Shown: piece by piece, positions 1 to 12,215 of the stretch
Numbering within the stretch: the first letter of the stretch is position 1
Layout: the number at the start of each line of letters is the position of its first letter
Assembly: GCA_038087875.1 (NCBI GenBank)
Contig: CM075988.1
Span: 310,001-374,000 of the forward strand
Direction of reading: 5' to 3'
DNA: 64,000 bases
Source: Malacoraja senta
Taxonomy: Eukaryota
Notes under the pieces: generated by a model
What the model saw: only the letters and a program-made list of their open reading frames with translations
Told to the model about the DNA's origin: nothing
Databases searched by the model: none
Translations under genes and position numbers: made by a program

Positions 1-837
1 TAACCCCATTGAGATAATAATCTGCCCCCTTGTTTTTGCCGCCAAAGTGGATAACCTCGCATTTATCTATATTATACTGCATCTGCCACGCATCTGCCCA
101 TTCACTCAACCTGTCCAGGTCACCCTGCAGCCACCTAACATCCTCTCCACAGTTCACACTGCCACCCAGCTTTGTGTCATCCGCAAACTTGCTAGTGTTG
201 CTCCTAATTCCCTCTTCCAAATCATTAATATATATGGTAAACAGTTGCGGCCCCAACACCGAGCCTTGCGGCACTCCACTCGCCACTGCCTGCCATTCTG
301 AAAAAACCCGTTCACTCCTACTCTTTGTTTCCGGTCTGCCAACCAATGTTCTATCCATGTCAACACCCTACCCACAATACCATGTGCTCTGATTTTAGTC
401 ACCAGTCTCCCGTGCGGGACCTTATCAAAGGCTTTTTGAAAGTCTAGATACACTACATCCACTGGCACCCCTTCATCCATTTTACTTGTCACATCCTCAA
501 AAAATTCCAGAAGATTAGTCAAGCATGATTTCCCTTTCATAAATCCATGTTGACTTGGACTAATCCTTTCACTGCTATCCAAATGCCCCATTATTACCTC
601 TTTAATAATTGACTCCGGTCTGTAATTCACCGTTTTCTCTCTCGCTCCTTCCTTGAAAAGTGGGATATCATTAGCTATCCTCCAATCCACAGGAACTGAT
701 CCTGAATCTATTGAACATTGGAAACTGATCACCAATGCGTCCACTATTTCTAGAGCCACCTTCCTGAGGACCCTGGGATGCAGACCATCAGGCCCAGGGG
801 ATTTATCATCCTTCAGTCCCATTAGCCTACCCAATAG
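1..837 (-). mobile_element. CR1 LINE ORF2 (RT region) fragment, family 'C'; continues at 4037-5760
   Basis: ORF 154..834 has KSPGPDGLHP, SQHGFMKGKSCLTNL and VYLDFQKAFDKVPH. The sequence joins seamlessly to 4037 (cctacccaata|ctacttctcgcc). Confidence 0.9.
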
Positions 838-856
838 CTAATAACCTACCCAATAG

Positions 857-3800
857 TTAATGGGTGACTTTAAACTAGAACGGTTGGTGGGAGGGACTCA
901 AATAGAGAGCTAGTAGACAGTGTGTAAGGCAGGAGGCAGAGAAGGGAAGCACTCAGACCCAACATGTAGGGGGGGAAGAAGAAAAATATAATAAACAGAG
1001 AATAAGAGGTGGTGGGTTTCTTAAATGTGTGAGCAGAGAGACAGAGGGGTGTAAAATGAGGGTAGAAGCAATAGGTAGCAAGGTGAAAAGTAAAAGTGGC
1101 AGGCAGACAAATCCAGGGCAAAAATCAAAAAGGGCCACTTTTCAACATAATTGTATAATTGTAAAAACAAGCCTGAAGGCTTTATGTCTGAATGCAAGGA
1201 GCATTCGTAATAAGGTGGATGAGTTGAATGTGCAGATAGTTATTAATGAATATGATTTAGTTGGGATCACGGAGTCATAGCTCCAGGGTGACCAAGGCTG
1301 GGAGCTGAACATCCAGGGATATTCAATATTCAGGAGGGATAAACAGTAAGGAAAAGGAGGTGGGGTAGCGTTGCTGGTTAGAGAGATTAACGCAATAGAA
1401 AGGAAGGACATTAGCTTGGAGGATGTGGAATCGATATGGGTAGAGCTGCGAAACACTAAGGGGCAGAAAACGCTAGTGGGAGTTGTGTACAGGCCTCCTA
1501 ACAGTAGTAGTGGAGTTGGGGATGGTATCAAACAGGAAATTAGTAATGCGTGCAACAAAGGTAAAACAGTTATAATGGGTGACTTCAATCTACAAATAGA
1601 TTGGGTGAATCAAATTGGTAGGGGTGCTGAGGAAGAGGATTTCTTGGAATGTATGTGGGATAGTTTTCTAAACCAACATGTAGAGGAACCAACGAGAGAG
1701 CAGGCTATTCTAGACAGGGTATTGAGTAATGAGGAAGGGTTAGTTAGCAGTCTTGTTGTGCGTGGCCCCTTGGTCAAAAGGGACCATGATATGGTTGAGT
1801 TCATTAGGATGGAGAGTGACATAATTAATTCAGAAACAAGGGTTCTGAACTTAAAGAAAGGTAACTTTGAGGGTATGAGACGTGAATTGGCCAAGATAGA
1901 CCGGCAATTGATTCTTAAAGGGTTGACGGTGGATAGGCAATGGAAGGCATTTAAAGACTGCATGGATGAACTACAAAAATTGTTCATCCCAGTTTGGCAA
2001 AAGAATAAATCAGGGAAGGTAGTGCATCCGTGGATAACAAGGGAAATCAGGGATAGTGTCAAAACAAAAGATGAAGCATACAAATTAGCCAGAAAAAGCA
2101 GCCTACCAGAGGACTGGGAGAAATTCAGTCCAACAGAGGAGGACAAAGGGCTTAATTAGGAAAGGGAAAATAGATTATGAAAGAAAATTGGCAGGGAACA
2201 TAAAAACTGACTGCAAAAGTTTTTATAGATATGTGAAGAGAAAAAGATTAGTTAAAACAAATGAGGGCCCTTGCAGTCAGAAACATGTGAATTGATCATG
2301 GGGAACAAGGACATGGCAGACCAATTGAATAACTACTTTAGTTCTGTCTTCACTGAGGAAGACATAAATAATCTGCCGGAAATAGCAGGGGACCGGGGGT
2401 CAAATGAGATGGAACTGAGTGAAATCCTGGTTAGCCGGGAAGTCGTGTTAGGTAAATTGAATGGATTAAAGGCAAATAAATCCCCAGGGCCAGATAAGTT
2501 GCATCTCAGAGTACTTAAGGAACTAGCCCCAGAAATAGTGGATGCATTAGTGATAATTTTTCAAAACTCTTTAGATTCTGGAGTAGTTCCTGAGGATTGG
2601 AGGGTAGCTAATGTAACCCCACTTTTTAAAAAGGGAGGGAGAGAGAAAATTGGGCATTACAGGCCAGTTAGTCTAACATCGGTAGTGGGGAAAGTGCTAG
2701 AGTCAGTTATTAAAGATGGAATAGCAGCACATTTGGAAAGTGGCGAAATCATTGGACAAAGTCAGCAAGGATTTATGAAAGGTAAATCATGTCTGATGAA
2801 TTTTATAGAATTTTTCGAGTATGTAACTAGTAGAGTGGATAAGGGAGAACCAGTATATCTGAACTTTCGACAAAATCCCACATAAGAGATTAGTATGCAA
2901 ACTTAAAGCACATGGTATTGGGGGTTCACTATTGATGTGGATAGAGAACTGGCTGGCAGACAGGAAGCAAAGAGTAGGAGTAAACGCGTCCTGTTCAGAA
3001 TGGCAGGCAGTGACTAGTGGGGTACCGCAAGGCTCGGTGCTGGGACCCCAGCTATTTACAATATATATCAATGATTTGGACGAGGGAATTGAATGCAACA
3101 TCTCAAACTTTGCGGATGACACGAAGCTGGCGATTAGTGTTAGCTGTGAGGAGGATGCTAGGAGGTTGCAAGGTGACTTGGATAGGTTGGGTGAGTGGGC
3201 AAATGCATGGCAGATGCAGTCTAATGTGGATAAATGTGAGGTTATTCACTTTGGTGGCAAAAACAGGAATGTAGACTATTATCTGAATGGTGGTCGATTA
3301 GGAAAAGGGGAGATGCAACGAGACCTGAGTGTCATGGTACACCAGTCATTGAAAGTAGGCGTGCGGGTGCAGCAGGCAGTGAAGAAAGCGATTGGTATGT
3401 TAGCATTCATAGCAAAAGGATTTGAGTATGGGAGCAGGGAAGTTCTACTGCAGTTCTACAGGGTCTTGGTGATACCACACCTGGAGTATTGCGTACAGTT
3501 TTGGTCACCTAATCTGAGGAAAGACATTCTTGCCATAGAGGGAGTACAGAAAAGATTCACCAGACTGATTCCTGGGATGTCAGGACTTTCATATGAAGAA
3601 AGACTGGATAGACTTGGCTTGTACTCGCTAGAATTTAGAAGATTGAGGGTGGATCTTATAGAAACTTACAAAATTCTTAAGGGGTTGGACAGGCTAGATG
3701 CAGGAAGATTGTTCCCGATGTTGGGGAAGTCCAGAACAAGGGGTCACAGTTTAAGGATAAGGGGGAAGACATTTAGGATCAAGATGAGAAAAACATTTTT

Positions 3801-4036
3801 CACACAGAGAGTGGTGAATCTCTGGAATTTTCTGCCACAGAAGGTTGTTGAGGCCAGTTCATTGGCTATATTTAAGAGGGAGTTAGATGTCGCCCTTGTG
3901 GCTAAGGGGATCAGGGGGTATGGAGAGAAGGCTGGTACGGGATACTGAGTTGGATGATCAGCCATGATCATATTGAATGGCGGTGCAGGCTCGAAGGGCC
4001 GAATGGCCTACTCCTGCACCTATTTTCTATGTTTCT
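857..4036 (+). mobile_element. CR1 LINE (family 'A'), 5'-truncated near the ORF1/ORF2 boundary, with disrupted APE endonuclease and RT and an intact 3' UTR
   Basis: ORFs 1029..1280 (LNARSIRNK, VGITE), 1371..2159 (YRPPN, MGDFN), 2271..2885 and 2932..3948 (GVPQGSVLGP, FADDTKL, HLEYCVQFWSP). The 3' tail is ttctatgtttct. It is inserted into the family C copy. Confidence 0.92.
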
Positions 4037-5760
4037 AATACTACTTCTCGCCTAATGAACATTTCTTTCAATTCCTCTACCCCCTTAGATCCTCTGTCCT
4101 CCAGTACATCTGGGAGATTGTTTGTATCATCCTTAGTGAAGACAGATCCGAAGTACCTATTCAACTCTTCTGCCATTTCCTTGTTGCCCATAATAATTTC
4201 ACCCGTGTCTGGCTTCAAGGGACCCACATTTGACTTTCTACTCTTTTTTCCTTAACATATCTAAAGAAGCTTTTACTGTCCTTCTTTATATTCCTGGCCA
4301 ACTTCCCCTCTTACTTCATCTTTTCAGCCCATATTGCCCGTTTTGTTTCGTTCTGTTGTCCTATGAAAGTTTCCCAATCCTCTGGCTTCCGGCTACTCTT
4401 TGCTGTGTTATACATCTTTTTTTTTTAATTTTATTCTATCCCTAACTTCTCTTGTCAGCCACAGGAGCCTGAAGACTGCAACGACCAGGTCCAGGAATAG
4501 CTACTTCCCCACAGCCATCAGGCTATTAAACCTGGCTCGGACAAAACTCTGAACTTTAATAGCCCATTAAATGTTATTTGCACTTTATCAGTTTATTTAT
4601 TCATTTGTGTATATATTTATAAAGGGTATATGCACACACTGATCTGTTTTGTAGTCAATGCCTACTATGTTCTATTGTGCTGAAGCAAAGCAAGAATTTC
4701 ATTGTCCTATCAGGGACACATGACAATAAACTCACTTGAACTTGCCTCCTACTCCCCTTAGAATCTTTCTTTCTTTTTGGAATGAAATGATCTTGCGTCT
4801 CCCGGATTATGCCCAGAAATTCCTGCCATTGCTGTTCCACTGTCATTCCTGCTAGGTTCCCTTTCTAGTCTACTTTGGCCAGCTCCCCTCTCATGCCTTC
4901 ATAGTCCCCTTTGTTCAACTACATCACTGCCACTTCCGATCCAGAATTGCCTTTTCTCTGGTCGACTCCATTACAAGCTGCTCTAAGAATCCATCTCGGA
5001 GGCATTCTACAAACTCTCTTTCTTGGGGTCCTGAACCAACCCGATTTTCCCAGTCTACCTGCATATTGAAATACCCCATCACCACAGTGGCATTACCTTT
5101 ATTACATGCCAGTTTTAACTCCTGCTGCAACTTACACCCTACATCCGTGCTACTAATTGGGGGTCTGTAAATAACACCAATTAGTGTCCTCTTGCCTTTA
5201 CAATTCCTCAACTCAATCCACAGTGACTCTACCTCATCCGTCCCTGCCTGTCCTTTCTATAGGATGTATAACCCTGAATATTAAGTTCCCAGGCCCAATC
5301 CTCCTGCAGCCACGTCTCAGTAATCCCCACAATGTCATATCTACCAACCTCTAACTGAGTTTCAAGCTCATCTACTTTACTTCTTATACTTCGCGCATTC
5401 ATATACAATACTTTTAATTCCTTACGAATCTCACCTTTCACATCGATCCCTATTACACTTGGCCATACTCTCCTATCCCTTTGTGAGCTTCCTTTCCCGT
5501 TAATTCTGGGGTCATCAACCATCCCTTTACACTCTTTCCCTTTAACCCATCCTCGACTATCCCATTTGACACCCCACCCCCCTTATTCAGTTTAAAACCA
5601 CCCGTGTAGCAGTGGCAAACCTGCCTGCCAGAATGCTGGTCCCCCACCTGTTAAGATGCAATCTGTCCCTTTTGTACAGTTCCCTTACTCCAAAACAGAT
5701 CTCAGTGATCTAAGAATCTAATTCACTGCCCCCTGCACCAGTTCCTCAGCCACACATTCC
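4037..5760 (-). mobile_element. CR1 LINE family 'C' (end of ORF1, endonuclease, linker), interrupted by a Rex1-like fragment
   Basis: ORFs 5229..5522 (YMNARSIRSK, VGITETWL), 4924..5211 and 4027..4227. Homologous to 37200-38780 (+). Confidence 0.88.
4462..4745 (+). mobile_element. Rex1/Babar-like LINE 3' end fragment
   Basis: gaccaggtccaggaatagctacttccc and the tail atgacaataaa resemble 16780-16990. It interrupts the CR1 sequence that is uninterrupted at about 62440. Confidence 0.7.
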
Positions 5761-6269
5761 AGAAAGAAAGATTCTCGGGGGAGAAAGAGGGGACTGTGAA
5801 TGAGAAGGGAGGTCAAGGACAGTATCAAACTAAAAGGGAAGGCAGAGAACATTGGAAAGATTAGTGGGAAGCCAGAGGATTGGGATGCTTTTAAAGAACA
5901 ACAGAAGGTAACTAAAAAGGCAATACGGGGAGATAAGATGAAATACGAAGGTAAGCTAGCAAATAATATAATATAAAAGCTAATAATATAAAAGAGTTTC
6001 TTCAGTTATATGAAGAGTAAGAAAGAGGCAAAAGTGGAAGTTGGACCACTGGAAAATGATGCGGGAGAAGTGATAATCTGGACGAAAGAAATGGCAAAGG
6101 AGTTGATTAACGTTTTTTTGCATCAGTCTTCACAGTGGATGCTGGAGAAACTCAGCGGGTGCAGCAGCATCTATGGAGCGAAGGAAATAGGTAACGTTTC
6201 GGGCCGAAACCCTTCTTCAATCCCTGCGGAACTCCGCTAGTCACTGATAGTGAACAAGATAATTAGCAG

Positions 6270-6493
6270 GTACACAAAAAAAAATGCTGGAGAAACTCAG
6301 CGGGTGCAGCAGCATCTATGGAGCGAAGGAAATAGGTAAGGTTTCGGGCCGAAACCCTTCTTCAGTCTGAAGAAGGGTTTCGGCCCGAAACGTTACCTAT
6401 TTCCTTCGCTCCATAGATGCTGCTGCACCCGCTGAGTTTCTCCAGCATTTTTTTGTGTACCTTCGATTTTCCAGTATCTGCAGTTCCTTCTTT
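6270..6493. mobile_element. Short Penelope-derived-like insertion as a head-to-head inverted pair with a hammerhead core; 17-bp TSD
   Basis: Inverted arms of about 95 bp centred near 6366. TSD aacaagataattagcag at 6253-6269 and 6494-6510. Core CTGAAGA-A-GGGT-TTCG-GCCC-GAAAC-GTT. Confidence 0.75.
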
Positions 6494-8450
6494 AACAAGA
6501 TAATTAGCAGAGTGGCTATGACTAGGATGAATGTGCTTGGGAAGCTGAAAGGGCTGAAGGTCAATAAGTTACCTGGACCGGATGGACTGCACCTGATGGT
6601 TCTGAAAGAGGTGGCTTTAGTGATTGTGGAGACATTGATAGTGATATTTCAACAATCCCTTGAATCAGGACTGGTTCCAGATAATTGGAAAATTGCCAAT
6701 ATTACCCCGCTGCACAAGAAGGGAGCAAAGCAGAATAGTGGGAACTATAGGCCAGTTAGTCTGACTTTGGAGGTTGGTAAAAATTTTGAGTCCATTATAA
6801 AGGGTGAGGTTACGGAGTACTTAGAAGTTCACGACAAAATAGGCCGAAGTCAGCATGCCTTAGTGAAGGTGAGATTTTGCCTGACAAAGTTGCTGGAATT
6901 CTTTGAAGAAGTAAATAGCAGTTCATACAAAGGAGAGTCAGTAGATGATGTTTACATTGATTTTCAGAAAGCCTTTGATAAGGTGCCACATGTCTGTGGA
7001 GGCCGGTTCTCTGGATACTTTCAAGAGAGAGCTAGATAGGGCTCTTAAAGATAGCAGAGTCAGGGGATAAGGGGAGAAGGCAGGAACGGGGTACTGATTC
7101 GGGATGATCAGCCATGATCACATTGAATGGCGGTGCTTGCTCGAAGGGCCGAATGGCCTACTCCTGCACCTATTGCCTATTGTCACATGGGAGGCTGCAA
7201 GGGAAGATGAGAGAGTCCGGCAGGCATCATAGAGCAGATATGAGCATGGATAGCATGTTGGTTGGATGGCAGAAGGCAAAGAGTGGCAATAATGGGGGCT
7301 TTATCTTGTTCACTATCAGTGACTAGCGGAGTTCCGCAGGGATTGATGCTGGGGCTCCTGCTCTTCACGTTGTATATTAATGATTTGGATGAGGGAATTT
7401 AAGTCTTTGTGGCTAAGTTTGCGGATGATATGAAAATAGGTGGTGGGGCGGGTAGGGTAGAGACAGCACGGATTCTGCAGAAGGACTTGGACAGGTTTGG
7501 AGTGGGCAGAGAAGTGGGAGATGGAATATATTGTTGTTGGAAAGAACTGCAGATGCTGATTAAACTGAAGAGAGACACAAAATGCTGCAGTTACTGAGGC
7601 AGCATCTCTGAATAGAAGGGAAGGGTGGTTTTGGGTCAAGACCCTTCAAGAAAGGAGCGAGAGAGAAAACGGGGAATTACAGACCAGTTAGCTTGACTTC
7701 GGTGGTGGGAAAGATGCTGGAGTCAATTATTAAAGAGGTAATAATGGGGCATTTGGATAGCAGTAAAATGATTAGTCCAAGTCAACATGGATTTATGAAA
7801 GGGAAATCATGCTTGACTAATCTTCTGGAACTTTTTGAGGATGTGACAAGTAAAATGGATGAAGGGGAGCCAGTGGATGTAGTGTATCTAGACTTTCAGA
7901 AAGCCTTTGATAAGCTCCCGCACGGGAGACTGGTGACTAAAATTAGAGCACATGGTATTGGGGGTAGGGTGTTGACGTGGATAGAAAATTGGTTGGCAAA
8001 CAGGAAGCAAAGAGTAGGAGCGAAGGAGATGAAGCGAAGATGAAGAGAATGGCCTCCGCATGCACCTATTTTTTATGTTTCTATGCTTCAGATTCATATA
8101 TAGTGGATATAGAGGAATATAGTGTACCAAAATGTGGAGTCATGCATTTTGGTAGTAGGAATAAAGGCGTAGGCTATTTTCTAAATGGGGAGAGAATCGA
8201 GAAATCAGAGGTGCAAAGGGACTTGGGAGTGCTGGTGCAGGATTCCCAAAAAGTTAATCTGCAAGTCGAATTGGTTGTAAAGAAAGGAAATGCATTTATT
8301 TCAAGAGTGCTTATATACAAAAACAGGGATGTAATGCTATAAGGTGCTGGTCCGGTTACATTTGGAATATTGTGAGCAATTTTGGGCACCATATCTGAGG
8401 AAGGATGTGCTGGCTCTGGAGATGGTTCAGGGGAGGTTTACAAGAATGAT

Positions 8451-8672
8451 AGATACAAAATTGTGGAGTAACTCAGCGGGTCAGGCAGCATCTCTGGAGA
8501 CGTTTCGGGTCAAGACCCTTATTCAGACTTGAAGTCAGAAGAATCTGAAGAAGGGTTTCGACCCAAAAAGTCACAGATTCCAACTACAGAGATGCTGCCT
8601 GTCCCCCTGAGTTACTCTGGCATTTTGTGTCTATCTTCGGTTTAAACCAGCATCTGCAGTTCCTTCATTAAA
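8451..8672. mobile_element. Short Penelope-derived-like inverted insertion; 14-bp TSD
   Basis: TSD tttacaagaatgat at 8437-8450 and 8673-8686. Contains ctgaagaagggtttcgaccc. Confidence 0.72.
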
Positions 8673-9159
8673 TTTACAAGAATGATCCCAGGAATGAGTA
8701 GGTTATCATAGTTGACGGCACTGCGCCTGTAGTCGCTGTAGTTTAGAAGAATGAGGGGGCAACTCAGTGAAATTCACACAATAGTGAAATGCTTGGATAG
8801 AGTGGATGTGGAGAGGGTGTTTCCACTAGTGGGAGAGTCTAGGACTGGAGGTCATCATCTCAGAATTAAATTCTTTTAGGAAAGAGATGGGGAGGAATTT
8901 ATTTGCTCAGATGGTGGTGAATTTTGCCACAGAAGGCTGTGGAGGCCATGTCAGTGCATACATTCAAGGCAGAGATAGATAGATTCTTGATTAGTATGGG
9001 TGTCAGAATTTATAGGGAGAAGGCAGAGGTTGGGTGGGAGAGATGGATCAGCCTTGATTGAATGGCAGAGTAGTCTTGAAGGGCTGAATGGCCTAATTCT
9101 ACTATCATTTATGATCTTACGATCTTACGTCATTGCTTGAAGCAAGAGGGGTAAAATTG

Positions 9160-9455
9160 CATGGCCTTTGGCAGTTATTTGTATCTACAGCTCCGAAGAC
9201 TCGGGCTCAATCCTGAGTATTGGTGCTGTCTGAACGGAGTTTGTACGTTCTCCCCATGACCTGCGTGGGTTTCTCCAGGAGCTCCGGTTTACTCCCACAT
9301 TCCAAAGACGTATAGGTTTGTAGGCTAATTGGCTTGCTAGTATTGTAAATTATCCCTGGTGTGTGTCAGATAGTGTATGTGTGCGGAGACTGTTGGTCAG
9401 GGCGGACTCGGTGGGCTGAAGGGCCTGTTTTCGCGCTGTATCTCTAAACTAAACA
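9160..9455 (+). mobile_element. tRNA-derived SINE, HE1/V-SINE-like
   Basis: Central gtgctgtctg..cggagtttgtacgttctcccc domain and a CR1-like 3' tail (gggctgaagggcctgttttcgcgctgtatctctaaactaaac). Confidence 0.7.
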
Positions 9456-9899
9456 TTGGACAAGGCACCGGACGATTGGACGGTGGCTAAATACCGTGCC
9501 TTTATGTAAGAAGCGTTAAAAGGACATGCCAGGGAACTGCAGGCAGTTGAGCCCAATCTCAGTGGTGTGAAGGATACTGGATGGGATTCTCGGTGACTGA
9601 GTTTATGCACATTTGGAAAGGCAAGAACAGATTAGGAATACTGAGCATAGCTTTCTGCGTGAACAATCGTGTCTCACAATTCTAACTAGTTTGCGACCAA
9701 GAGGATTGACGCGTTCTGGGCGGTAGACGTTATCCACGCAAACCTCAGCAAAACAATTGACATGGTCTCGCACGGCATCATTTAGATCACCGAATCCACG
9801 GTGAGCTTGCCATTGAGTACGGGATTGTGATGATGGAGGCTTGTGACCCCTGATGTGCCTCGGGAATCCATGCACTGCCCCTCGTATTTGTATTTAGTT

Positions 9900-10310
9900 G
9901 TTTGTTACAGCGCGGAAACAGGCCCTTCGGCCCACTGAGTCCACACCACACATTAACACTAGCAACAATTTACACTAAAAACCAAGTATACAAACCCAAG
10001 CCAATTAACCTGCAAATTTTGCTCTTATAGGGTCTTCGTCCTTTTTTGTTGTCACATTTCCTACACTTTCACTTTTTCCTTCACTTTCTTCTTTCTTTCA
10101 ATCTTTTCCTTTAATAAAAAAATTTTTTTTTTTAAAAACCTGCAAACCTGTTGGTCTTTGGAGTGTGGGAGGAAACCGAAGATCTCTTGAGAAAACCCAC
10201 GCGGTCACGGGGAGAGCGTTCAAACTCCGTACAGACAGCACCCATAGTCGGAATGGAACCCGACAGCGACTTGACAGCAACTCTACCGCTGCGCCACTGT
10301 GCCGCCCTCC
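9900..10310 (-). mobile_element. tRNA-derived SINE, HE1/V-SINE-like, interrupted by a 120-bp insertion
   Basis: The minus strand begins ggcggcacagtggcgcagcggtagag (A-box-like) and has the same central domain and tail as 9160-9455. Confidence 0.75.
10017..10136 (+). mobile_element. Short L1-like 3' end insertion with 10-bp TSD
   Basis: TSD aacctgcaaa at 10007-10016 and 10137-10146. Pyrimidine-rich body with AATAAA, resembling the reverse complement of 34580-34760. Confidence 0.55.
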
Positions 10311-10517
10311 CCCACCACCACAAATTATATATTAACGATTTGGTTGAATAGCGTTGTGGATAAATTACACTAAAATTAATACCACAGTGGGCAGCGAATA
10401 AAGTTGTGTGAGGCTACAAGCGGACAGGACATCGAAAATAGACAGTACAACAGCACACGAACGGGCCCTTCGGCCGACAATATTTGTCCGAACATGAGCC
10501 AAGTTAAGCTGATCTCA

Positions 10518-12215
10518 TATAACCATATAACCATAACAGCATGGAAACAGGCCATCTCGGCCCTTCAAGTCCGTGCCGAACATTTAAAAAAAAAAAAAAA
10601 ATTTAATTAAAAATAAATACTTCCCCCTAGTCCCATCTACGTGCACTCAGACCATAACCCTCCATTCCTTTCCCGTCCATATACCCATCCAATCTATTTT
10701 TAAAGGATAACATCGAACCTGCCTCCACCACTTCCACTGGAAGCTCATTCCACACAGCTACCACTCTGAGTAAAGAAGTTCCCCCTAATGTTCCCCCTAA
10801 ACTTCCGTCCCTTAATTCTCAAGTCATGTCCCCTTGTTTGAATCTTCCCTACTCTCAATGGGAAAAGCTTATCCACGTCCACTCTGTCTAACCCGCTCAT
10901 AATTTTAAAGACCTCTATCAAGTCCCCTCTTAACCTTCTGCGCTCCAAAGAATAAAGACCTAACTTGTTCAACCTTTCTCTGTAACTTAGTTGCTGAAAC
11001 CCAGGCAACATTCTAGTAAATCTCCTCTGTACTCTCTCTATTTTGTTGACATCCTTCCTATAATTAGGCGACCAAAATTGTACTCCATACTCCAGAATTG
11101 GCCTCACCAATGCCTTGTACAATTTTAACATTACATCCCAACTTCTATATTCAATGCTCTGATTTATAAAGGCCAGCACACCAAAAGCTTTCTTTACCAC
11201 CCTATCTACATGAGATTCCACCTTCAGGGAACTATGCACAGTTATTCCTAGATCCCTCTGTTCAACTGCATTCCTCAATTCGCTACCATTTATCGTGTAC
11301 GTCCTATTTTGATTTGTCCTGCCGAGATGTAGCACCTCACATTTGTCAGCATTAAACTCCATCTGCCATCTTTCAGCCCACTCTTCCAAATGGCCTAAAT
11401 CTCTCTGTAGACTTTGAAATTCTACTTCATTATCCACAACACCACCTATCTTAGTATCATCTGCATACTTACTAATCCAATTTTCCACACCTTCATCCAG
11501 ATCATTGATGTACATGACAAACAACAGTGGACCCAACACAGACCCCTGAGGCACCCCACTAGTCACCGGCCTCCAACCTGACAAACAGCCATCCACCATT
11601 ACTCTCTGGCATCTCCCATTCAGCCACTGTTGAATCCATCTTGCTACTCCTCCACTAATACCCAACAATTGAATCTTCTTAACCAACCTTCCATGAGGAA
11701 CCTTGTCAAAGGCCTTACTGAAGTCCATATAGACAACATCCACTGCTTTACCCTCATCAATTTCCCTAGTAACCTCTTCAAAAAATTCAAGAAGATTAGT
11801 CAAGCATGACCTTCCAGGCACAAATCCATGTTGACTGTTCCTAATCAGACCCTGCTTATCCAGATGCTTATATATATTATCTTTAAGTATCCTTTCCATT
11901 AATTTGCCCACCACTGACGTCAAACTAACAGGTCTATAATTGCTAGGTTTACTCTTCGAACCCTTTTTAAACAATGGAACAACATGCGCAGTACGCCAAT
12001 CCTCCGGCACTATTCCCGTTTCTAATGACATTTGAAATATTTCTGTCATAGCCCCTGCTATTTCTACACTAACTTCCCTCAATGTCCTAGGGAATATCCT
12101 GTCAGGACCTGGAGACTTATCCGTTTTCATATTTATCAAAAGTGTCCGCACCTCCTCTTCTTTGAATCTCAGTTTCCATTGCTACTCTGCTCGTTTCCCT
12201 TACCTCACATAATTC
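10518..12215 (-). mobile_element. Young CR1 LINE (family 'B'), 5'-truncated, with an open RT domain
   Basis: ORF 10745..12151 (468 aa; YMDFSKAFDKVPH, GVPQGSVLGP, YADDTK). The 3' tail is (ttatgg)-like. Nearly identical to 41650-43340. Confidence 0.93.

Larger units (their letters stand above)
5760..9110 (+). mobile_element. Mosaic of older CR1 ORF2 fragments with nested short insertions
   Basis: ORFs 6455..7039, 7409..7597 (FADD), 7693..8043 and 8344..8532 carry CR1 RT motifs. CR1 3' UTRs lie at about 7100-7180 and 9040-9110. Confidence 0.8.

Noticed and set aside
2932..3948. Bacterial retron, group II intron or DGR reverse transcriptase system
   Set aside because: Motifs, upstream APE endonuclease, 3' tails and nesting identify these RTs as vertebrate non-LTR retrotransposons.
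10255..10310. tRNA gene
   Set aside because: It is the degenerate tRNA-derived head of a SINE and runs directly into the SINE body.
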